Source: Candidatus Onthoplasma sp. (GTDB taxonomy: Bacteria; Bacillota; Clostridia; Christensenellales; UBA1242). Taken from it: a stretch of 64,000 nucleotides of DNA. This document shows positions 27,222-35,394 of this stretch, in pieces. Positions within the stretch are counted from its first letter, which is position 1. The number at the start of each line of letters is the position of its first letter. The stretch covers positions 17,816 to 81,815 of the forward strand of contig JAZUAD010000036.1 in the NCBI GenBank assembly GCA_045637825.1, written 5' to 3'. The position numbers were made by a program, and so were the translations under genes. The notes beneath the pieces are model-generated. The model was not told the origin of the DNA. It did no database searches and was given only the letters and a program-made list of their open reading frames with translations.

Positions 27222-27944
27222 ATGAAAAAAACATCAAATGCTAATAGATTTATTTCGGCTTATAACACGATAGACTCTTCGTTAAGGAATATTTATAATT
27301 TAAAGCGTAGTTTGAATTTTAGTGAGGTTGTTCGTAAAACGGTATTGTTAAATTCAGTTGTACGTAAATATGAGGACGAGTTGATTGACTATGGTCGACT
27401 TCGTAATGCTATTGTGCACAAGGGTAATAGCAATTTTGTTATTGCTGAACCACACGAAGATGTTGTGGAAAAAATGGAGGGTATAGCACGCCTTATTTCC
27501 ACACCACCGCTAGCTTATGACAAAATTAGTACTCATGAAGTTTTATGTGTTAATGGCGATGATAAATTAAATGCCGCTATAAAACTTATGGCTCGTAGTG
27601 GCTATAGCAACTTGCCAGTATATACCGAAAATAAGTTAGTAGGAGTATTAAATGGACAACGTTTAATGGATATTTTAGGTTTGCATTTGCTTGCTGGCCA
27701 AAATATTCAAAAATTTATTGATAGTGTAACAGTAGCTGACATTATTGAGGAGTTGGCTAACGAACAATATTATTGCTTGGTTGATGAAAAAATAACTATC
27801 GAACAAGTTATGAACTTGTTTGAAAACAACAATAAATTATTAATAGTGTTGATTACTAAACAAGCAACACAAGATTATCCGCCTCTTGGAATTATTACTA
27901 AAGATGATGTAATCAAAATGCAAAAGGTTTTGGACGTTTATTAA
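27222..27944 (+). CDS. Two-domain protein: N-terminal HEPN-like domain (RNxxxH motif) plus a C-terminal CBS pair
   Basis: YGRLRNAIVHKG in a helical ~100-aa N-terminus. CBS-type segments follow: VLCVNGDDKLNAAIKLMARSGYSNLPVY..KLVGVL and PLGIITKDDVIK. ATG at 27222 with GGGGAG SD. The ORF-track TTG at 27162 coincides with the -35 box. Confidence 0.6.
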   Translation: MKKTSNANRFISAYNTIDSSLRNIYNLKRSLNFSEVVRKTVLLNSVVRKYEDELIDYGRLRNAIVHKGNSNFVIAEPHEDVVEKMEGIARLISTPPLAYDKISTHEVLCVNGDDKLNAAIKLMARSGYSNLPVYTENKLVGVLNGQRLMDILGLHLLAGQNIQKFIDSVTVADIIEELANEQYYCLVDEKITIEQVMNLFENNNKLLIVLITKQATQDYPPLGIITKDDVIKMQKVLDVY

Positions 27945-28096
27945 AGGTTATAAAAATGCAAATTTTTGAAAAAGTATTGCAAAAATTTTTAAATGTAGTA
28001 TAATAAGCGCAGTCATAGATTGATTAGAATAAGGAATAAAAAACTTGCAAATAGAATTGTAGGTTTTACAAAGTAAAAATATTAAATTGGAGAAAT

Positions 28097-28948
28097 ATGA
28101 AAGTAGCAAAAGATTGGAAGGATTATCAAGTTTTAGATACCGGTAATGGCGAAAAGTTGGAACGTTGGGGTAAATATACTTTACTAAGACCTGACCCTCA
28201 AATTATTTGGAATGTGGATAAGGATTTAAGCAAAACTAAACTTGATGCACATTATCATCGTACCGAAAACAAGTCAGGAGAATGGGACATTAAAACTAGA
28301 TTGCCAGAACACTGGGTTGTGTCTTGGCGTGAATTTAAGTTTAGAATTCAACCTATGAATTTTAAACATACAGGTTTATTTCCAGAGCAAGCGGTTAACT
28401 GGGATATGCTTATTAATGTAATTAAAAATGCAAATCGTCCAGTAAGTGTGCTTAACTTATTTGCCTATACTGGCGCGGCTAGTATTGTATGTGCTAAGGC
28501 GGGTGCTAGTGTAACACACGTTGATGCAGCAAAAAGTATGATAGATGTTTCTAAGGAAAATGCAAAACTTAACGGAATTGACAATATACGTTATATAAAT
28601 GAAGATTGTCAAAAGTTTGTAGAGCGAGAAATTAGACGTGGTAAAAAGTACGATATAGTGCTTATGGACCCGCCAAGTTTTGGTCGTGGACCTAAGGGCG
28701 AAACATGGAAGATTGAGGACGATATATTCAATTTTGTTAAACTGGTTAAAGGCGTGGTGGCGGACAATGCACTTATGGTGCTTATTAATAGCTATACAAC
28801 AGGTCTTCAACCCACCGTTATGGCAAACATACTTAATTGTGTGTTCCCTGAGGGTAAAGTTGAGGCGTATGAAATAGGACTACCTACCGAACAAAAAGGA
28901 ATAGTACTACCTTGTGGTTGTACAGCAGTTACAAAATTAAGCGAGTAA
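28097..28948 (+). CDS. Class I SAM-dependent methyltransferase (RlmI/YwbD-like, probable rRNA methyltransferase)
   Basis: VLNLFAYTGAASIVCAKAGA..VTHVDAAK (motifs I/II) and DIVLMDPPSFGRG (motif IV). Confidence 0.75.
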   Translation: MKVAKDWKDYQVLDTGNGEKLERWGKYTLLRPDPQIIWNVDKDLSKTKLDAHYHRTENKSGEWDIKTRLPEHWVVSWREFKFRIQPMNFKHTGLFPEQAVNWDMLINVIKNANRPVSVLNLFAYTGAASIVCAKAGASVTHVDAAKSMIDVSKENAKLNGIDNIRYINEDCQKFVEREIRRGKKYDIVLMDPPSFGRGPKGETWKIEDDIFNFVKLVKGVVADNALMVLINSYTTGLQPTVMANILNCVFPEGKVEAYEIGLPTEQKGIVLPCGCTAVTKLSE

Positions 28949-28989
28949 TTGCCACAATAGATAAAAATTAATGATTAAAGGAAAACAAG

Positions 28990-29688
28990 ATGGATTTTAC
29001 ACCAGATATAGTATATGAAGACAATCATTTGCTAGTAGTTATCAAGCCACACAATATTGCAGTGCAAGAAGATGAAAGCAAAGATGATGATTTATTAAAT
29101 TTATTAAAAAATTATATAAAAGTTAGGGACAATAAACCTGGCAATGTGTTTTTAGGTTTGGTTCACAGACTTGATAGACCAACTGGCGGAGTTATGGTGT
29201 TTGCTAAAACTAGTAAATGTGCTGCTAGGTTAACCGAACAACTAAAAAGCAAGGAAATGAAAAAAACATATTTAGCAGTTGTGTTAGGTAAGCCTTTGCA
29301 AAATAAGGCACGCCTTACAGCATATCTAGTTAAAGATGAAAAGCATAATGTGGTTAATCTTGCTACTCGTAGCGATTATGGCGCTAAGGAAGCAGTTTTA
29401 GATTATGAAGTGTTAGATAATCAAGCTAATATGAGTTTGGTTAAAGTTAATCTTTTAACAGGGCGCAGTCATCAAATCAGAGTGCAAATGAGCAAGCAAA
29501 ACCAAACTGTAATTTATGGCGATTTTAAGTATGGAGATAAGGCTCATGGTGGCAATCTGGCTCTTTGGGCATATCAACTTGAATTTAGTCACCCAACTAG
29601 CAAAAAGCAAATGAAATTTAATGTGCTTCCAGATGTGGAAAAAATGCCTTGGAAAGTGTTTGAAAACATCATTTCAAGATTAGTGTAA
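28990..29688 (+). CDS. RluA-family pseudouridine synthase
   Basis: HRLDRPTGGVMVFAKT catalytic Asp motif and GRSHQIRVQM motif. Confidence 0.88.
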   Translation: MDFTPDIVYEDNHLLVVIKPHNIAVQEDESKDDDLLNLLKNYIKVRDNKPGNVFLGLVHRLDRPTGGVMVFAKTSKCAARLTEQLKSKEMKKTYLAVVLGKPLQNKARLTAYLVKDEKHNVVNLATRSDYGAKEAVLDYEVLDNQANMSLVKVNLLTGRSHQIRVQMSKQNQTVIYGDFKYGDKAHGGNLALWAYQLEFSHPTSKKQMKFNVLPDVEKMPWKVFENIISRLV

Positions 29689-29788
29689 ATACGTATAAAA
29701 AATATTAAAATAAGTAAATAAATTTTTGAAAAAGGTATTGACTATAACCAAAAAATATGTTATGTATCGAGTATAAAAGGAAAAAGAT

Positions 29789-31294
29789 ATGGAAAAATTA
29801 GCAGTAATTGAATTAGGGGCAAGCGAAATCACTTTTAGTAAACTAAAGTTTACACCTAATGGTTTTTTTACCATAGAACAACAAATTAAGGAGCCAGTAC
29901 GTCTTACTCAAGACTTGGCTAGAGATGGTTATATCAAGTCTGCAAGAATTGAGGAAACCATTGCAATACTAAAGATTTTTAGAAAAATTATGGATACTGA
30001 GGGTATATCAATTAATTTATGTTATGCTGACCCAGTGCTAGCAAATGCCCGTAACCAAATTGCTTTTTTGGACGAAATATACAAAACAGTGTCTTTGCAT
30101 TTTAGGATACTAAGTTTTGAGGAGCAAGTTGATGCTTTACACCTTGCTTGCTTGCACTCATTTTCATTTATTAAGGGTTTAGTATGTCAAATAGGCGACG
30201 ATAGTATGCAATTAATACAATACAATCGTCGTACAGTGGTTAACAAATGCAATATTCCTTTTGGCGCATTTAATTTGGCAGAACAATTTGCAGAGGTTGC
30301 AGATGTTTCACAACGTATGGACAAGATGGTTGATTTTATCACTAAATATCTAAGACAAGAAAAATGGTTGTTTGATTTAGATGAAGATGTTGAATTTGTA
30401 GGTATTGGCAGAGTTTTTGAGGCAACAGGTGTACTTTGCCGTAAATCAACACACTATTCATTAGACATTGCGCATAATTATGATATTTCAGATGCTAACT
30501 TTAAGTCTATTTATGGTTTAATCAAGTCGTTGGATATGGATAAGGCAAAGAAGTTAAAAGGCGTATCAAACTTGCGTGCTGATGTGCTTGCTGGTGGAAT
30601 TGCTGTTATAAAAGCGTTGTTTAACAATGTTATAAAAAATAGTGTAAAAGTATCTACTTGTGGCGAAATGTATGGTTTGGTTGCTCGTAGTATCTTAGCG
30701 CAAGCGGAAAAACCAATGTTGGACATATTGGGCTATAGTTTAAGTTCTATAAACGAATTTTATCCTTGCGGTACCAGTATGAATAATATTTATGACTTAT
30801 CTATTATATTGTACAAGCAATTAAAGGTGCTACACCGTCTAAATCGTAATTATGTTAAGGTTTTACGTATTGCTGCTAGTATGTGCTTAAGCGGAAAGCG
30901 TATTTCTTATGATAATTATGAAAAAAATGGGTTTAATGTAGTGCTTGGCTCAAATATTTATGGTGCTACTCATAACGAAATATTGATGGCAGCGTTTGTG
31001 GTTGCTAACCAAAATGTTGACAACTTTAGTTTAAGCGAATGGGTGCGTTATAAGGATATTCTTGGTGAGGAAGATGCTAGCGCTGTTAAAAAACTAGGAA
31101 TTATGGTTAAAATCGCAACCTTATTAAATATCACAGGTAGCAATCCTATTAAAGATATTGCTTGTGATATATTGGGAGATACTGTAATACTTAAAACCAC
31201 AGTTGAAAAAGATGCTAGATTAGAAATTAGTCAAGCTATGACTATGGCAACTGATTTTAAAAAGATTTTTAGTAAAAATTTACAAATATTATAG
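29789..31294 (+). CDS. Ppx/GppA-family (ASKHA fold) protein with degenerate phosphate-binding motifs
   Basis: Overall Ppx/GppA layout, but the motifs read AVIELGASEITF (canonical DLGSNS), ANARNQ, and CQIGDDSMQL (canonical DIGGGSTE). About 200-aa helical C-terminal domain. Confidence 0.6.
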   Translation: MEKLAVIELGASEITFSKLKFTPNGFFTIEQQIKEPVRLTQDLARDGYIKSARIEETIAILKIFRKIMDTEGISINLCYADPVLANARNQIAFLDEIYKTVSLHFRILSFEEQVDALHLACLHSFSFIKGLVCQIGDDSMQLIQYNRRTVVNKCNIPFGAFNLAEQFAEVADVSQRMDKMVDFITKYLRQEKWLFDLDEDVEFVGIGRVFEATGVLCRKSTHYSLDIAHNYDISDANFKSIYGLIKSLDMDKAKKLKGVSNLRADVLAGGIAVIKALFNNVIKNSVKVSTCGEMYGLVARSILAQAEKPMLDILGYSLSSINEFYPCGTSMNNIYDLSIILYKQLKVLHRLNRNYVKVLRIAASMCLSGKRISYDNYEKNGFNVVLGSNIYGATHNEILMAAFVVANQNVDNFSLSEWVRYKDILGEEDASAVKKLGIMVKIATLLNITGSNPIKDIACDILGDTVILKTTVEKDARLEISQAMTMATDFKKIFSKNLQIL

Positions 31295-31355
31295 TTTATA
31301 TTACACCTTTTGGAATGGCTAGACAAAAGGTGTAATTTGCTTTAAAGGGGGAAGT

Positions 31356-32336
31356 ATGAAAATTGAACTTGCGCTTAAGTTTGGAAGTAATGAAATAATT
31401 TTGTATCGTAAAGGTATGGGAATTGTTGTGCGAAAACCTAGTTATGTGGCAACTGCTAGGTCTAATGGGAAAATTTGTGCTTATGGTGCTGAGGCCAAGC
31501 GGTTGTATGAATTAAAGGGCGGTCAGTATGAATTAAATGAACCTATTAAAGGGGTGGAAATAGTCAACCCTAAACTAGCTACTGCTTTGTTGGATAATAT
31601 TTTTAAGGAAGCAAGCATCGTTGGTGGAGGAATAACAGTAATAGTTGCTGTGCCTTGTGCATTGGGCGAAAAAAAACTGCTAGAATTAAAGCAAGTATTA
31701 CATAATATTGGCATAAATAAAGTGACTTTTGTGCAAAATGCAGTATGTGTAAGAAATAATTTAAACTTAAAAGAAAATTTACCTGTAATGGTTGTGGATA
31801 TGGGTAAATATCTAATAGATTTATCGGTATTAACTAAGTATGAATTTATTAAGGGACGCAATTATTTAATTGGAGGAAACTTGATGGACGAAGCACTGAT
31901 GACCTATATTCAAGATAATTATGAAGTGCAAATAGATTTGGAAAGTGCGGAAAATATTAAAAACGAAATTGCTTCAATGTATTCAAACGATATGTATACT
32001 ACAACCTTTAAAGGTATTAATGCAAATGATGAATATAAGGAAGTTACAATGCGTGCTAATGAGGCAAGGGTGGCTATAATTGGCGTGTATGATAAGATAT
32101 TTGATTTGATTGATGAATTTTTGGAAGAATTGCCTAGCGAGATTTTAGCGCAAGTGCGTGAAAATGGTGTTGTGTTTACTGGTGGGGTGTCTAGTATTGA
32201 AGGACTTGTAGAATACGTCTCTAAGCGCTTAAATATGCCATTAAGCGTGGTTGATAATCCAAAAGATGCAGTAATACTGGGTGCTGGCAAATTATTGTCC
32301 TTAAACAAAGGAGAATATCCTTATATAAAATTATAA
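31356..32336 (+). CDS. Divergent MreB-like actin homologue
   Basis: GIVVRKPSYVA, EPIKGVEIVNPKLATALL and VVFTGGVSSIEGLVEYVSKRLNMPLSVVDNPKDAVILGAGK align with MreB. Phosphate-1 is LKFGSNE and phosphate-2 is VVDMGKYLIDL (degenerate). Confidence 0.7.
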   Translation: MKIELALKFGSNEIILYRKGMGIVVRKPSYVATARSNGKICAYGAEAKRLYELKGGQYELNEPIKGVEIVNPKLATALLDNIFKEASIVGGGITVIVAVPCALGEKKLLELKQVLHNIGINKVTFVQNAVCVRNNLNLKENLPVMVVDMGKYLIDLSVLTKYEFIKGRNYLIGGNLMDEALMTYIQDNYEVQIDLESAENIKNEIASMYSNDMYTTTFKGINANDEYKEVTMRANEARVAIIGVYDKIFDLIDEFLEELPSEILAQVRENGVVFTGGVSSIEGLVEYVSKRLNMPLSVVDNPKDAVILGAGKLLSLNKGEYPYIKL

Positions 32337-32483
32337 TTGACGCAATATTACTAATATTGTCGAATATTAAAAATGTAAAGTTTTGTGCTTTACATTTTTT
32401 TTGTGCAATATTAAACTATTAAATGATTTGTTAACGATTACCAAAGATAAAAATTAAAAACAATATTAATAGGAGTAAAAAGT

Positions 32484-33281
32484 ATGTCTAGGGTAATTGT
32501 TGTAACTTCAGGTAAGGGTGGGGTGGGTAAAACTACAGTTTGCGCATATCTAGGATTAAATTTAGCAAAAAAAAATTACAGAGTGTGTGTGGTGGATATG
32601 GATATAGGGCTTAATAATTTGGACGTTGTATTAGGTATGGAAAGCAGGGTAATATACTCAATGCAAGACGTGTTAAATGGGAAATGTCGACTTAGACAAG
32701 CACTAGTTCAGGATACTACTTATCCTTTATTATACTTGTTAACAAGTGGAAATGTAGCGCATGATTTAAGCATTAGGCCAGAGTATATAAAAGCTGTGGT
32801 AGACGACTTAAAAACAATGTTTGACTATATACTTGTAGATTGTCCTGCAGGCATAGATGCGGGCTTTAATAGAGCGGTTATTTGTGCAGAGGAGGCGCTG
32901 GTAGTAACCACACCGCAAATAGCAAGTTTGCGAGATGCAGACAAGGTGGTTACTATATTATCAAGTTATAATCTTTCCAATATTAAATTTGTAGTAAATC
33001 GCTCAAGAGGCGATTTAATTATTGACAAATTGATGTTAGATGTTTACGAAATCAGTAAGGCACTAAAAATTGAGTTTGGGGGAGTGATTCCTGATGATGA
33101 TTTTATAACTATAGGTCAAATACATAATTCAAACAAACTAAACTACAAACTACCTAGTCATAAGGCGTTTTTAATACTTAGTGATAATGTGGAAACTGGT
33201 AGCAAAAAGTTGTATGATTGTACTTATAAATACAAGGGAGTAATAGGTGGAATGCGTAAATTTTTTAAGCGAAAAATATAG
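32484..33281 (+). CDS. minD: Septum site-determining ATPase MinD
   Basis: VVTSGKGGVGKTT deviant Walker A, DCPAGID motif, C-terminal amphipathic helix GGMRKFFKRKI. Confidence 0.92.
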   Translation: MSRVIVVTSGKGGVGKTTVCAYLGLNLAKKNYRVCVVDMDIGLNNLDVVLGMESRVIYSMQDVLNGKCRLRQALVQDTTYPLLYLLTSGNVAHDLSIRPEYIKAVVDDLKTMFDYILVDCPAGIDAGFNRAVICAEEALVVTTPQIASLRDADKVVTILSSYNLSNIKFVVNRSRGDLIIDKLMLDVYEISKALKIEFGGVIPDDDFITIGQIHNSNKLNYKLPSHKAFLILSDNVETGSKKLYDCTYKYKGVIGGMRKFFKRKI

Positions 33282-33340
33282 TTGTTTTAAGTGTTTTTTG
33301 ATGTGTTTTAGTTGGATTTTACATAAAAAAAGGAGCGTTT

Positions 33341-33571
33341 ATGGAATTAATTAGTAGGTTGGATAATGTAATAAAAAAGGACAAACAACTTAATCCACAA
33401 TATATGAAAGATGTAATTAAAAGCGATATATTTTATTTGTTAAACAACTATTTTGAAGTGGAATATAGCGATATTGATATAAGCATAGATTTAAACGATG
33501 AGAATATGTATTTAATCAATATAAGTGCAATAGGTGATAGAATGAAGGCAATGCAAATTTTGCCTAGGTAA
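33341..33571 (+). CDS. minE: Divergent MinE-like topological specificity factor
   Basis: 76 aa immediately downstream of minD. The C-terminal part (DIFYLLNNYFEVEYSDIDISIDLNDENMYLINISA) resembles the MinE TSD. The N-terminal MinD-contact region is not canonical. Confidence 0.55.
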   Translation: MELISRLDNVIKKDKQLNPQYMKDVIKSDIFYLLNNYFEVEYSDIDISIDLNDENMYLINISAIGDRMKAMQILPR

Positions 33572-33632
33572 ACAAATTGGGTATTGACAACAATGCTAGT
33601 TTATGGTATATTAACATCAAGAGGGTAAGGTT

Positions 33633-33923
33633 ATGAAATATGATAGATTTATAAAACAGTGTATCAGAAACCATTCCAAAGAACTAGGACATGGTGCTCG
33701 TGTAGTTATGGAAGCACAAAAGTTAGAACAATCTGGTAAATTTGAAAAGGCAATAAAATATTATGACCAAGCTAAAAAAATATTTGAAAAAGCAGAAATG
33801 ATGGCTTCGTTTATAGGTGATAAGGACTATGAACGAGAGGCAAAAATATTGATACATATGGTAGAAGAGCAAAAACATAAAGCAATAGTGACAGATTTTT
33901 ATAGGGGCGGGATAGATAATTAA
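33633..33923 (+). CDS. Hypothetical small helical protein
   Basis: 96-aa ORF with GAGGG SD and a TTGACA/TATATT promoter upstream. Helical-repeat-like. Confidence 0.5.
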   Translation: MKYDRFIKQCIRNHSKELGHGARVVMEAQKLEQSGKFEKAIKYYDQAKKIFEKAEMMASFIGDKDYEREAKILIHMVEEQKHKAIVTDFYRGGIDN

Positions 33924-34028
33924 TATAATTTTTATTAATTCGTACAAGAATTACTTGTGCGAATTTTTTATATATTTAACAAATTAAAATAATGTTCTTA
34001 ATTAAAAATAAATAACATAATCTATAGT

Positions 34029-34850
34029 ATGCAACGAACAAAAGTAAAAATCGGTATTAGTTTTATATTGATGGCTATAGTGTTTTTAATTAGTCAACAA
34101 TTTTTATTGTTTATAAATTACATAATGGCACTAATTTTTCACGAAATGGGACATTTTTATGTGGCAAAATCCAAAGGGTACAATGCAAATATAATAAAGT
34201 TTGATATGCTTGGTGCTAGCATAAAACTGGATAGTAAAATTCAAAAAGATGATTTGTTTAGCATTGCTTTTGCGGGGCCTTGCATAAATTTTATTATATG
34301 TATAATTTGTACCAGTATGTGGTGGATTGTGCCAGAAAGTTATGTGTTTACTGCAGATTTTTTTAGGTGTAATTTAATGCTTGCTGGCTTTAATATGATA
34401 CCAGTAGAACCATTAGACGGTGCTAAAATATTAGGTAGCGTGATAAGTGGGAATAAAAAACTATATACAATACTAAAGCGTGTAGTTAATATCGTTGTAG
34501 TAGCAGTGTTTGTTATACTATTTGTGGTTAGTTGTTTTGATAGGATTAATATCACGTATCTTTTGTTTGGGGTGTTTTTTGCTAGTAATTTTTTACCAAA
34601 ACGTAAAGTAAATTTTGATGTTTATTATAAATTATTTTTTAAAAAAAATAAAATGGTAGAAAAAATTAATTTTATCCATATTCAGCCAACTTGTTCGCTT
34701 ATTGAAATGTTAAAGCAAATAAGGGAAGGGTATTACACAATATTCTATTTGGAATTGACAAAACCTACATATATAACCGAAAAAGAGTTCCAGTTGCTTA
34801 TAACCAAACATTGTTTAAATACAGCAATAAAAGAGGTGCTAAGCAAATAG
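34029..34850 (+). CDS. M50 site-2 metalloprotease, SpoIVFB-like
   Basis: HEMGH zinc motif inside TM helix 2, NMIPVEPLDGAK (NxxPxxxLDG) motif, C-terminal soluble domain. Its position downstream of minD mirrors Bacillus minCD-spoIVFAB. Confidence 0.8.
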   Translation: MQRTKVKIGISFILMAIVFLISQQFLLFINYIMALIFHEMGHFYVAKSKGYNANIIKFDMLGASIKLDSKIQKDDLFSIAFAGPCINFIICIICTSMWWIVPESYVFTADFFRCNLMLAGFNMIPVEPLDGAKILGSVISGNKKLYTILKRVVNIVVVAVFVILFVVSCFDRINITYLLFGVFFASNFLPKRKVNFDVYYKLFFKKNKMVEKINFIHIQPTCSLIEMLKQIREGYYTIFYLELTKPTYITEKEFQLLITKHCLNTAIKEVLSK

Positions 34851-35028
34851 TAATCTTGGTGGAGTGAAAACAAATTTTGTAGCACTTGGTGTATGAAATT
34901 TATAAAAATCAAAGATTATTAATTAAATTTTTTAAAAATAGTTGACAAAACATATTTTTTGGTGTACTATATATCCGTATTTGGAATTCATCAGGTTTGT
35001 TTTGATGAAAATATGTTAGGAGGATAAA

Positions 35029-35220
35029 ATGGCTGTACCAAAAAGAAAAGTTTCAAAGTCTAGACGTGATAAAAGAAAAGCAAATTGGAAGATTTCTGCT
35101 CCAGCAGTAGTTGATTGTCCACATTGCCACGAAAAGAAAATTGCCCACCAAGTATGCAAAAACTGCGGATACTATGATGGTCAAGAAAGAATTGTTGTAG
35201 ACAAAGAGAAAAAGGACTAA
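35029..35220 (+). CDS. rpmF: 50S ribosomal protein L32
   Basis: MAVPKRKVSKSRRDKRKANWK plus CPHC...CKNCG zinc ribbon. AGGAGG SD. Confidence 0.95.
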   Translation: MAVPKRKVSKSRRDKRKANWKISAPAVVDCPHCHEKKIAHQVCKNCGYYDGQERIVVDKEKKD

Positions 35221-35226
35221 TTATTT

Positions 35227-35258
35227 AAAAATTGAGGTTTAGAGGCCTCAATTTTTTT
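35227..35258 (+). terminator. Rho-independent terminator after rpmF
   Basis: ATTGAGG / CCTCAAT stem followed by TTTTTTT. Confidence 0.7.
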
Positions 35259-35394
35259 ATGCAAAAATCTAGTTTAAAGGTTAAATTAATAAATAAAATA
35301 CTAAAATATTACAAAAACTACTAAAAATCTTTTGACTTTTATGGCTGAGACATATTATACTAAGTATAATAAAGTTTTAAAAAGGGGTAGGATA

